From: Heterodontus francisci
Lineage: Eukaryota
Assembly: GCF_036365525.1 (NCBI RefSeq)
Contig: NC_090373.1
Location: 72,245,271 to 72,309,270, forward strand
DNA length: 64,000 nt
Reading direction: 5' to 3'
The first letter of the stretch is position 1; each line of letters begins with the position of its first letter. The notes below the pieces were generated by a model, which saw only the letters and a program-made list of their open reading frames with translations, ran no database searches and had not been told where the DNA came from. A program made the position numbers and the translations under genes. Positions 1 to 12,500 of this stretch are shown one piece after another.

Positions 1-3000
1 TGTGATTCTCAGTGGTGTGATTCCCAGTGTTGTGATTCCCAGTGGTGGTATTACCAGTAGTGTGATTCCCAGTGGCGTGATTCCCAGTGGTGTGATTCTC
101 AGTGGTGTGAATCTCAGTGGTGTCATTCTCAGTGGTGTGATTCCCAGCGGTGAGATTCTCAGTGGCATATTCACAGTGGTGTGGTTCTCAGTGATGTGAT
201 TCCCAGTGGAGAGCTGCTCAGTGGCGTGATTGCCAGTGTTGAGATTGCCAGTGCTGAGATTGCCAGTGCTGAGATTCTCAGTGGTGTGATTCTCAGTAGT
301 GTGATTGCCAGTGCTGAGATTGCCAGTGCTGAGATTGCCAGTGCTGAGATTCCCAGTGGTGAGATTCCCAGTGGTGAGCTTCCCAGTGGTGAGATTCCCA
401 GTGGTGAGATTCCCATTGGAGAGATTCTCAATCGTGTGATTCTCAGTGGTGTGATTCCCAGTGGTGGTATTATCAGTGGTGTGATTCCCAGTGGTGAGAT
501 TCTCAGTGATCTGATTTACAGTGGTGTTATTCCCAGTGATGTGATTCCCAGTAGTGTGATTCCCTGTGGTGTGATTCCCAATGGTGAGATTCTCAGTGGT
601 GTGATTCCCAGTGGTGGTATTACCAGTAGTGTGATTCCCAGTGGCGTGATTCCCAGTGGAGAGATTCTCAGTGATGTGATTCTCAGTGGTGTGAATTGCA
701 GTGGTGTGAATCGCAGTGGTGTGAATCGCAGTGGTGTGATTCTCAGTGGTGTGATTCTCAGTGGTGTGATTCTCAGTGGTGTGATTCTCAGTGGTGTAAA
801 TCTAAGTAATGTGATTCTCAGTGGTGAGATTCCCAGTTGTGTTATTCTCAGTGATCTGATTCTCAGTGGTGTGATTCTCAGTAGTTTAATTCTCAGTGGT
901 GAGATTCTCAGTGGTGAGATTCTCAGTGGTGTGAATCTCAGTGGTGTGAATCTCAGTGGTGTGCATCTCAGTGGTCTGAATCTCAGTGGTGAGATTCTCA
1001 GTGGTGTGATTCTCAGTGGTCTGAATCTCAGTGAGATTCTCAGTGGTGTGAATCTCAGTGGTGTGAATCTCAGTGGTGTGAATCTCAATGGTGTGATTCT
1101 CAGTGGTTTCAGTCTCAGTGGTGTGATTCTCAGTGGTGTGAATCTCAGTGGTGTGATTCTCAGTGGTGTGAATCTCAGTGGTGTGAATCTCAGTGGTGAG
1201 ATTCTCAGTGGTGAGATTCTCAGTGGTGTGAATCTCAGTGGTGTGAATCTCAGTGGTGTCATTCTCAATCCTGAGATACTCATTGTTCTGATTCTCAGTG
1301 GTGAGATTCTCAGTGGTGAGGTTCTCTGTGTTGTTCATCTCAATGCTGAGATTCTCAGTGGTGAGATTCTCTGTGGTGGTATTATCAGTGGTGTGATTCC
1401 CAGTGGTGAGATTCTCAGTGATCTGATTTACAGTGGTGTTATTCCCAGTGATGTGATTCCCAGTAGTGTGATTCCCTGTGGTGTGATTCCCAATGATGAG
1501 ATTCTCAGTGGCGTGATTCCCAGTGTTGTGATTCCCAGTGGTGGTATTACCAGTAGTGTGATTCCCAGTGGCATGATTCCCAGTGGTGTGATTCTCAGTG
1601 GTGTGAATCGCAGTGGTGTGAAGCGCAGTGGTGTGAATCGCAGTGGTGTGAATCGCAGTGGTGTGATTCTCAGTGGTGTGATTCTCAGTGGTGTGATTCT
1701 CAGTGGTGTGAATCTCAGTGGTGTGATTCTCAGTAGTCTGAATCTCAGTGTGATTCTCCGTGGTGTGAATCTCAGCCGTGGGAATCACAGTGGTGGGAAT
1801 CTCAGTGGTGTGATTCTCAGTGGTGTGATTCTCAGTGGTGTGAATCTCAGTGGTGTGAATCTCAGTGGTGAGATTCTCAGTGGTGAGATTCTCAGTGGTG
1901 AGATTCTCAGTGGTGTGAATCTCAGTGATGTGAATCTCAGTGGTGTGAATCTCAGTGGTGAGATTCTCAGTGGTGAGATTCTCAGTGGTGTGAATCTCAG
2001 TGATGTGAATCTCAGTGGTGTGAATCTCAGTGGTGAGATTCTCAGTGGTGTGAATCTCAGTGGTGTGAATCTCAGTGGTGAGATTCTCAGTGGTGAGATT
2101 CTCAGTGGTGAGATTCTCAGTGGTGTGAATCTCAGTGATGTGAATCTCAGTGGTGTGAATCTCAGTGGTGAGATTCTCAGTGGTGAGATTCTCAGTGGTG
2201 AGATTCTCAGTGGTGTGAATCTCAGTGATGTGAATCTCAGTGGTGTGAATCTCAGTGGTGAGATTCTCAGTGGTGTCATTCTCAATCCTGAGATTCTCAG
2301 TGTTCTGATTCTCAGTGGTGAGGTTCTCTGTGTTGTTCATCTCAATGCTGAGATTCTCAGTGGTGAGATTCTCAGTGGTGAGATTCTCTGTGGTGAGATT
2401 TTCAGTGGTGTGAATCTCAATGCTGAGATTCTCAGTATTCTGATTCTCAGTGTTCTAATTCCCAGTGGAGAGCTTCTCAGTCGAGAGCTTCTCAGTGGTG
2501 AGATTCCCAGTGGTGAGATTCCCAGTGGTGAGATTCCCAGTGGTGAGATTCTCAGTGGTGTGAATCTCAGTGGTGTGAATCTCAGTGGTGCGATTCTCAG
2601 TGGTGAGATTCTCAGTGGTGAGATTCTCACTGGTGTGAATCTCACTGGTGTGATTCTCAGTGGTGTAAATCTAAGTAATGTGATTCTCAGTGGTGAGATT
2701 CCCATTTGTGTTATTCTCAGTGATCTGATTCTCAGTGGTGTGATTCTCAGTAGTTTAATTCTCAGTGGTGAGATTCTCAGTGGTGAGATTCTCAGTGGTG
2801 TGAATCTCAGTGGTGTGAATCTCAGTGGTGTGCATCTCAGTGGTCTGAATCTCAGTGGTGAGATTCTCAGTGGTGTGATTCTCAGTGGTCTGAATCTCAG
2901 TGAGATTCTCAGTGGTGTGAATCTCAGTGGTGTGAATCTCAATGGTGTGATTCTCAGTGGTTTCAGTCTCAGTGGTGTGATTCTCAGTGGTGTGAATCTC

Positions 3001-6000
3001 AGTGGTGTGATTCTCAGTGGTCTGAATCTCTGAGATTCTCCGTGGTGTGAATCTCAGCCGTGGCAATCACAGTGGTGGGAATCTCAGTGATGTGATTCTC
3101 AGTGGTGTGATTCTCAGTGGTGTGAATCTCAGTGGTGTGAATCTCAGTGGTGAGATTCTCAGTGGTGAGATTCTCAGTGGTGTGAATCTCAGTGGTGTGA
3201 ATCTCAGTGGTGTCATTCTCAATCCTGAGATACTCATTGTTCTGATTCTCAGTGGTGAGATTCTCAGTGGTGAGGTTCTCTGTGTTGTTCATCTCAATGC
3301 TGAGATTCTGAGTGGTGAGATTCTCTGTGGTGGTATTATCAGTGGTGTGATTCCCAGTGGTGAGATTCTCAGTGATCTGATTTACAGTGGTGTTATTCCC
3401 AGTGATGTGATTCCCAGTAGTGTGATTCCCAGTGGTGTGATTCCCAATGATGAGATTCTCAGTGGCGTGATTCCCAGTGTTGTGATTCCCAGTGGTGGTA
3501 TTACCAGTAGTGTGATTCCCAGTGGCATGATTCCCAGTGGTGTGATTCTCAGTGGTGTGAATCGCAGTGGTGTGAATCGCAGTGGTGTGAATCGCAGTGG
3601 TGTGATTCTCAGTGGTGTGATTCTCAGTGGTGTGATTCTCAGTGGTGTGAATCTCAGTGGTGTGATTCTCAGTGGTCTGAATCTCAGTGAGATTCTCCGT
3701 GGTGTGAATCTCAGCCGTGGGAATCACAGTGGTGGGAATCTCAGTGGTGTGATTCTCAGTGGTGTGATTCTCAGTGGTGTGATTCACAGTGGTGTGATTC
3801 TCAGTGGTGTGAATCTCAGTGGTGTGAATCTCAGTGGTGAGATTCTCAGTGGTGAGATTCTCAGTGGTGAGATTCTCAGTGGTGTGAATCTCAGTGATGT
3901 GAATCTCAGTGGTGTGAATCTCAGTGGTGTCATTCTCAATCCTGAGATTCTCAGTGTTCTGATTCTCAGTGGTGAGGTTCTCTGTGTTGTTCATCTCAAT
4001 GCTGAGATTCTCAGTGGTGAGATTCTCTGTGGTGAGATTTTCAGTGGTGTGAATCTCAATGCTGAGATTCTCAGTATTCTGATTCTCAGTGTTCTAATTC
4101 CCAGTGGAGAGCTTCTCAGTGGAGAGCTTCTCAGTGGTGAGATTCCCAGTGGTGAGATTCCCCGTGGTGAGATTCTCAGTGGTGTGAATCTCAGTGGTGT
4201 GAATCTCAGTGGTGCGATTCTCAGTGGTGAGATTCTCAGTGGTGAGATTCTCACTGGTGTGAATCTCACTGGTGTGATTCTCAGTGGTGTGATTCCCAGT
4301 GGTGTGATAACCAGTTTTCAGATTCTCAGTGGTGTGATTATCAGTGGTGTGATTCCCAGTGGTGAGATTCTCAGTGATCTGATTTACAGTGGTGCTATTC
4401 CCAGTGATGTGACTCCCAGAGGTGTGATTCCCTGTGTTGTGATTCCCAGTGGTGGTATTACCAGTAGTGTGATTCCCAGTGGAGAGATTCTCAGTGATGT
4501 GATTCTCAGTGGTGTGAATCTCAGTGGTGTGAATCGCAGTGGTGTGAATCGCAGTGGTGTGAATCTCAGTGGTGTGATTCTCAATGGTGAGATTCTCAGT
4601 GGTATGATTCTCAGTGTTGTGATTCCCAGTGGTGGTATTAGCAGTAGTGTGATTCCCAGTGGCGTGATTCCCAGTGGCGTGATTCCCAGTGTTGTGATTC
4701 CCAGTGGTGGTATTACCAGTAGTGTGATTCCCAGTGGCGTGATTCCCAGTGGAGAGATTCTCAGTGATGTGATTCTCAGTGGTGTGAATCGCAGTGGCGT
4801 GAATCTCAGTGGCGTGAATCTCAGTGGCGTGAATCGCAGTGGTGTGTATCGCAGTGGTGTGAATTGCAGTGGTGTGAATCGCAGTGGTGTGAATCTCAGT
4901 GGTGTAAATCTAAGTAATGTGATTCTCAGTGGTGAGATTACCAGTTGTGTTATTCTCAGTGATCTGATTCTCAGTGGTGTGAATCTCAGTAGTTTGATTC
5001 TCAGTGGTGAGATTCTCAGTGGTGTGAATCTCAGTGGTGTGCAGCTCAGTGGTCTGAATCGCAGTGGTGAGATTCTCAGTGGTGTGATTCTCAGTGGTCT
5101 GAATCTCAGTGAGATTCTCAGTGGTGTGAATCGCAGTGGTGTGAATCTCAATGGTTTGATTCTCAGTGGTTTCAGTCTCAGTGGTGTGATTCTCAGTGGT
5201 GTGATTCTCAGTGGTGTGAATCTCAGTGGTGTGAATCTCAGTGGTGTGATTCTCAGTGGTGTGATTCTCAGTGGTCTGAATCTCAGTGATATTCTCCGTG
5301 GTGTGAATCTCAGCCGTGGGAATCACAGTGGTGGGAATCTCAGTGATTTGATTCTCAGTGATGTGAATCTCAGTGGTGTGAATCTCAGTGGTGTGAATCT
5401 CAGTGGTGAGATTCTCAGTGGTGATATTCTCAGTGGTGACATTCTCAGTGGTGTGAATCTCAGTGGTGTGAATCTCAGTGGTGTGAATCTCAGTGGTGTC
5501 ATTCTCAATCCTGAGATTCTCAGTGTTCTGATTCTCAGTGGTGAGATTCTCAGTGGTGAGGTTCTCTGTGTTGTTCATCTCAATGCTGAGATTCTCAGTG
5601 GTGAGATTCTCTGTGGTGAGATTTTCAGTGGTGTGAATCTCAATGCTGAGATTCTCAGTATTCTGATTCTCAGTGTTCTGATTCCCAGTGGAGAGCTTCT
5701 CAGTGGTGAGATTCCCAGTGGTGAGATTCCCAGTGGTGAGATTCCCAGTGGTAAGATTCTCAGTGGTGAGATTCTCAGTGGTGTGAATCTCAGTGGTGTG
5801 AATCTCAGTGGTGTGCATCTCAGTTGTCTGAATCTCAGTGGTGAGATTCTCAGTGGTGTGATTCTCAGTGGTCTGAATCTCAGTGAGATTCTCAGTGGTG
5901 TGAATCTCAGTGGTGTGAATCTCAATGGTGTGATTCTCAGTGGTTTCATTCTCAGTGGTTTCAGTCTCAGTGGTGTGATTCCCAGTGGTGAGATTCTCAG

Positions 6001-8733
6001 TGGTGTGATTGCCAGTTTTGAGATTCTCAGTGGTGCGATTCTCAGTGGTGAGATTCTCAGTGGTGAGATTCTCAGTGGTGAGATTCTCAGTGGTGTGATT
6101 CCCAGTGGAGAGATTCTCAATCGTGTGATTCTCAGTGTTGTTGTTTTCCAGTGGTGTGATTCCCAGTGATGTGATTCCCAGTGGAGAGATTCTCAGTGAT
6201 GTGATTCTCAGTGATGTGATTCCCAGTGGTGTGATTCTCAGTGGTGTGAATCTCAGTGGTGTGAATCTCAGTGGTTTGAATCTCAGTGGTGTGATTCTCA
6301 ATGGTGTTATTCTCAGTGGTGAGATTCCCAGTTGTGTTATTCTCAGTGATCTGATTCTCAGTGGTGTGAATCTCAGTGGTGTGAATCTCAGTAGTTTGAT
6401 TCTCAGTGGTGAGTTTCTCAGTGGTGTGAATCTCAGTGGTGTGATTCTCAGTGGTCTGAATCTCAGTGAGATTCTCAGTGGTGTGAATCTCAGTGGTGTG
6501 AATCTCAGTGGTCTGATTCTCAATGGTGTGAATCTCAGTGGTGTGATTCTCAGTGGTGTGAATCTCAGTGGTGTGATTCTCAGTGGTGTAAATCTCAATG
6601 GTGTGAATCTCAATGGTGTGATTCTCAGTGGTTTCAGTCTCAGTGGTTTCAGTCTCAGTGGTGTGATTCTCAGTGGTGTGATTCTCAGTGGTGTGAATCT
6701 CAGTGGTGTGAATCTCAGTGGTGTGAATCTCAGTGGTGTGAATCTCAGTGGTGTGATTCTCAGTGGTGTGATTCTCAGTGGTGTGATTATCCGTGGTGTG
6801 AATCTCAGCCGTGGGAATCACAGTGGTGGGAATCTCAGTGATGTGATTCTCAGTGGTGTGAATCTCAGTGGTGTGAATCTCAGTGGTGAGATTCTCAGTG
6901 GTGAGATTCTCAGTGGTGAGATTCTCAGTGGTGTGAATCTCAGTGGTGTGAATCTCAGTGGTGTGAATCTCAGTGATGTGAATCTCAGTGGTGTCATTCT
7001 CAATCCTGAGATTCTCAGTGTTCTGATTCTCAGTGGTGAGATTCTCAGTGGTGAGGTTCTCTGTGTTGTTAATCTCAATGCTGAGATTCTCAGTGGTGTG
7101 ATTCTCAGTGGTGAGATTCTCTGTGGTGAGATTTTCAGTGGTGTGAATCTCAATGCTGAGATTCTCAGTATTCTGATTCTCAGTGTTCTGATTCTCAGTG
7201 GTGAGATTCTCTGTGGTGAGATTTTCAGTGGTGTGAATCTCAATGCTGAGATTCTCAGTATTCTGATTTTCAGTGTTCTGATTCTCAGTGTTGAGATTCT
7301 CAGTCGTCTAATTCTCAGTGGTTTCAGTCTCAGTGGTGTAAATCTCAGTGGTGCGAATCTCAGTGGTGCGAATCTCAGTGGTGTTAATCTCAGTGATGTG
7401 AATCTCAGTGGTGTGAATCTCAACGGTGTCAGTCTCAGTGGTTTCAGTCTCAGTGGTGTGATTCTCAGTGGTGTGATTCTCAGTGATGTGAATTTCAGTG
7501 GTGTGATTCTCAGTGATGTGAATTTCAGTGGTGTGAATCTCAATGGTGTCATTCTCAGTGGTTTCAGTCTCAGTGGTGTGATTCTCAGTGGTGTGAATCT
7601 CAGTGGTGTGATTCTCAGTGGTCTGAATCTCAGTGAGATTCTCAGTGGTGTGAATCTCAGCCGTGTGAATCACCTTGGTGGGAATCTCAGTGGTGTGATT
7701 CTCAGTGGAGTGAATCTCAGTGGTGTGAATCTCAGTGGTGAGATTCTCAGTGGTGAGATTCTCAGTGGTGAGTTTCTCAGTGGTGAGATTCTCAGTGGTG
7801 TGAATCTCAGTGGTGTGAATCTCAGTGGCGAGATTCTCAGTGGTGAGATTCTCAGTGGTGTGAATCTCAGTGGTGTGAATCTCAGTGGTGAGATTCTCAG
7901 TGTTGTGAATCTCAGTGGTGTGATTCTCAATGGTGTGAATCTCAGTGGTGTGATTCTCAGTGTTGTGAATCTCAGTGGTGTGATTCTCAATGGTATGATT
8001 CTCAGTGGTGTAAATCTCAGTGGTGTGAATCTGTGGTGTGAATCTCAGTGGTGAGTTTCTCAGTGGTGTGAATCTCAGTAATGTGATTCTCAGTGGTAAG
8101 ATTCCCAGTGGTAAGATTCCCAGTTGTGTTATTCTCAGTGATCTCATTCTCAGTGGTGTGATTCCCACTGGTGTGATTCCCAGTGGTGTGATTCCCGGTG
8201 GTGGTATTATCATTGGTGGTATTATCAGTGGTGGTATTATCAGTGGTGTGATTCCCAGTGGTGTGATTCCCAGTGGTGTGATTCCCAGTGGTGTGATTCC
8301 CAGTGGTGTGATTCCCAGTGGTTAGATTCCCAGTGGTGAGTTCCTCAGTGGTGAGATTCCCAGTGGTGTGAATCCCAGTTATCTGATTCTCAGTGGTGTG
8401 AATCTCAGTGGTGTGGTTCTCAATGGTGTGATTCTCAGTGGTGTGAATCTCAGTGGTGTGATTCTCAGTGGTGTGAATCTCAGTGGTGTGAATCTCAGTA
8501 GTGTGAATCTCAGTGGTGTGATTCTCAATGGTGTAAATCTCAGTGGTGTAAATCTCAGTGGTGTGAATCTGTGGTGTGAATCTCAGTGGTGAGATTCTCA
8601 GTGGTGTGAATCTCAGTAATGTGATTCTCAGTGGTAAGATTCCCAGTGGTAAGATTCCCAGTTGTGTTATTCTCAGTGATCTCATTCTCAGTGGTGTGAT
8701 TCTCAGTGGTCTGAATCTCAGTGAGATTCTCAG

Positions 8734-9095
8734 ATTTAGATTTAGATTTTAGATTTAGAGATACAGCACTGAAACAGGCCCTTCGGCCCACCGAGTCTGT
8801 GCCGACCATTAACCACCCATTTATACTAATCCTACACTAATCCCATATTCTTACCACATCCTCACCTGTCCCTATATTCCCCTACCACCTACATTTACTA
8901 GGGATAATTTATAATGGCCAATTTACCTAACAACTTGCAAGTCTTTTTGGCTGTGGGAGGAAACCGGAGCACCCGGAGGAAACCCACGCAGACACAGGGT
9001 GAACTTGTAAACTCCACAGAGGCAGTACCCAGAATTGAACCCGGGTTGCTGGAGCTGTGAGGCAGCGGTGCTAACCACTGCGCCACTGTGCCGCC
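8734..9095 (-). mobile_element. Full-length tRNA-derived V-SINE (HE1-like) inserted into the array
   Basis: The minus strand starts GGCGGCACAGTGGCGCAGTGGTTAGC (tRNA-like head with A box) and has a B box GGTTCAATTCT. The centre matches the V-SINE domain (GTGTCTGCGTGGGTTTCCTCCGGGTGCTCCGGTTTCCTCCCAC). The 3' end is CR1-type: GGCC-GAAG-GGCC stem-loop, then GTGCTGTATCT(CTAAAT)n. CTCAG flanks both sides (8729-8733, 9096-9100). The family name is from recall, not a database search. Confidence 0.92.
9031..9085 (-). promoter_or_regulatory. RNA polymerase III internal promoter (A and B boxes) of SINE copy 1
   Basis: A box TGGCGCAGTGG is the reverse complement of 9075-9085. B box GGTTCAATTCT is the reverse complement of 9031-9041. 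Spacing is tRNA-like (33 nt). Confidence 0.8.
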
Positions 9096-9599
9096 CTCAG
9101 TGGTGTAAATCTCAGTGGTGTGAATCTCAGTGATGTGAATCTCAGTAGTGTGAAACTCAATGGTGTGATTCTCAGTGGTTTCAGTCTCAGTGGTGTGATT
9201 CTCAGTGGTGTGATTCTCAGTGGTGTGATTCTCAGTGGTCTGAATCTCAGTGAGATTCTCAGTGGTGTGAATCACAGCCGTGTGAATCAGAGTGGTGTGA
9301 ATCTCAATGGTGTGATTCTCAGTGGTTTCAGTCTCAGTGGGATGATTCTCAGTGGTGTGATTCTCAGTGGTGTGATTCTCAGTGGCTTGATTCTCAGTGG
9401 CGTGATTCTCAGTGGTGTGAATCTCAGTGGTGTGAATCTCAGTGGTGAGATTCTCAGTGGTGAGATTCTCAGTGGTGAGATTCTCACTGGTGTGAATCTC
9501 ACTGGTGTGATTCTCAGTGGTGTGATTCCCAGTGGTGTGATTGCCAGTTTTCAGATTCTCAGTCGTGTGATTCTCAGTGGTGTGATTCCCAGTGGTGAG

Positions 9600-12500
9600 A
9601 TTCTCAGTGGTGAGATTCTCAGTGGTGTGATTCCCAGAGGAGAGATTCTCAATCGTGTGATTCTCAGTGGTGTGATTCCCAGTGGTGGTATTATCAGTGG
9701 TTTGATTCCCAGTGGTGAGATTCTCAGTGATCTGATTTACAGTGGTGTTATTCCCAGTGATGTGATTCCCAGTGGTGTGATTCCCTGTGTTGTGATTCCC
9801 AGTGGTGGTATTACCAGTAGTGTGATTCCCAGTGGAGAGATTCTCAGTGATGTGATTCTCAGTGATGTGATTCTCAGTGGTGTGAATCTCAGTGGTGTGA
9901 TTCGCAGTGGTGTGAATCGCAGTGGTGTGAATCGCAGTGGTGTGAATCTCAGTGGTGTGATTCTCAATGGTGAGATTCTCAGTGGTATGATTCCCAGTGT
10001 TGTGATTCCCAGTGGTGGTATTACCAGTAGTGTGATTCCCAGTGGCGTGATTCCCAGTGGAGAGATTCTCAGTGGTGTGAATCGCAGTGGTGTGAATCGC
10101 AGTGGTGTGAATCGCAGTGGTGTGAATCGCAGTGGTGTGAATCTCAGTGGTGTGATTCTCAATGGTGTTATTCTCAGTGTTGTGATTCTCAGTGGTGTAA
10201 ATCTAAGTAATGTGATTCTCAGTGGTGAGATTCCCAGTTGTGTTATTCTCAGTGATCTGATTCTCAGTGGTGTGAATCTCAGTGGTGTGAATCTCAGTGG
10301 TGTGAATCTCAGTAGTTTGATTCTCAGTGGTGAGATTCTCAGTGGTGTGAATCTCAGTGGTGTGCATCTCAGTGGTCTGAATCTCAGTGGTGAGATTCTC
10401 AGTGGTCTGAATCTCAGTGAGATTCTCAGTGGTGTGAATCTCAGTGGTGTGAATCTCAATGGTGTGATTCTCAGTGGTTTCAGTCTCAGTGGTGTGATTC
10501 TCAGTGGTGTGATTCTCAGTGGTGTGAATCTCAGTGGTGTGATTCTCAGTGGTGTGATTATCCGTGGTGTGAATCTCAGCCGTGAGAATCTCAGTGGTGT
10601 GATTCTCAGTGGTGTGATTCTCAGTGGTGTGAATCTCAGTGGTGTGAATCTCAGTGGTGAGATTCTCAGTGGTGAGATTCTCAGTGGTGAGATTCTCAGT
10701 GGTGTGAATCTCAATGGTGTGAATCGCAGTGGTGAGATTCTCAGTGGTGTGATTCCCAGTGGTGGTATTATCAGTGGTGTGATTCCCAGTGGTGTGATTC
10801 CCAGTGGTGTGATTCCCAGTGGTGTGATTCCCAGTGGTGAGATTCCCAGTGGTGTGAATCCCAGTTATCTGATTCTCAGTGGTGAGATCCTCAGTGGTGT
10901 GATCCTTAGTGGTGTGATTCCCAGTGGTGTGATTCGCAGTGATCTGATTCTCAGTGTTGCGATTCTCAGTGGTCTGATTCTCAGTGGTGAGTTTCTCAAT
11001 GGTGTGATTCTCAGTGGTGTGAATCTCTGGTGAGATTCTCAGTGGTGAGATTCTCAGTGGTGTGAATCTCAGTGTTGTGAATCTCAGTGGTGAGATTCTC
11101 AGTGGTGAGATTCCCAGTGGTGAGATTCTCAGTGGTGTGAATCTCAGTGGAGTGATTCCCATCGGTGAGATTCTCAGTGCTGTGATTCTCAGTGGTGTGA
11201 TTCCCAGCGGTGAGATTCTCAGCGGTGAGATTCTCAGTGGTGTGGTTCTCAGTGGTGTGGTTCTCAGTGGTGTGAATCTCAGTGGTGTGAATCTCAGTGG
11301 TGTGAATCTCTGTGGTGTGAATCACTGTGGTGTGAATCTCAGTGGTGTGATTCTCAGTGGTGTGATTCTCAGTGGTGTGAATCTCAGTGGTGTGAATCTC
11401 AGTGGTGTGATTCTCAGTGGTGAGATTCTCAGTGGTTTGATTCTCAGTGGCATATTCACAGTGGTGTGATTCTCAGTGTTGTGATTCCCAGTGGTGAGAT
11501 TCGCAGTGGTGAGATGCCCAGTGGTGCGATTCCCAGTGGTGTGGTTCTCAGTGATGTGATTCCCAGTGGAGAGCTTCTCAGTGGCGTCATTGCCAGTGTT
11601 GAGATTGCCAGTGTTGAGATTGCCAGTGCTGAGATTCTCACTGGTGAGATTCTCAGTGGTGTGATTGCCAGTGCTGAAATTCCCAGTGCTGAGATTCCCA
11701 GCGCTGAGATTCCCAGTGGTGAGATTCCCAGTGGTGAGATTCCCAGTGGTGAGATTCTCAGTGGTGTGAATCTCAGTGGTGATATTCTCAGTTGTGAGAT
11801 TGTCAGTGGTGTGATTCCCAGTGGTGAGATTCTCAGTGGTGTGATTGCCAGTTTTGAGATTCTCAGTGGTGTGATTCTCAGTGGTGAGATTCCCAGTGGT
11901 GAGATTCCCAGTGGTGAGATTCCCAGTGGAGAGATTCTCAATTGTGTGATTCCCAGTGTTGTGATTCCCAGTAGTGTGATTCCCTGTGGTGTGATTCCCA
12001 ATGGTGAGATTCTCAGTGGTGTGATTCCCAGTGTTGTGATTCCCAGTGGTGGTATTACCAGTAGTGTGATTCCCAGTGGCGTGATTCCCAGTGGAGAGAT
12101 TCTCAGTGATGTGATTCTCAGTGGTGTGAATCGCAGTGGCGTGAATCTCAGTGGCGTGATTCTCAGTGGTGTGATTCCCAGTGGTGAGATTCTCAGTGGT
12201 GAGATTCTCAGTGGTGTGATTCCCAGAGGAGAGATTCTCAATCGTGTGATTCTCAGTGGTGTGATTCCCAGTGGTGGTATTATCAGTGGTTTGATTCCCA
12301 GTGGTGAGATTCTCAGTGATCTGATTTACAGTGGTGTTATTCCCAGTGATGTGATTCCCAGTGGTGTGATTCCCTGTGTTGTGATTCCCAGTGGTGGTAT
12401 TACCAGTAGTGTGATTCCCAGTGGAGAGATTCTCAGTGATGTGATTCTCAGTGATGTGATTCTCAGTGGTGTGAATCTCAGTGGTGTGATTCGCAGTGGT

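Noticed and set aside
9020-9095. tRNA gene (also 22906-22981)
   Set aside because: It is the tRNA-derived head of a SINE, continuous with the V domain and LINE-type tail.
8555-9275. ORFs with non-repeat ends (MVGTDSVGRR..., ...GGTVAQWLAPLPH...; also 22441-24286)
   Set aside because: Chance read-through between array and SINE sequence.
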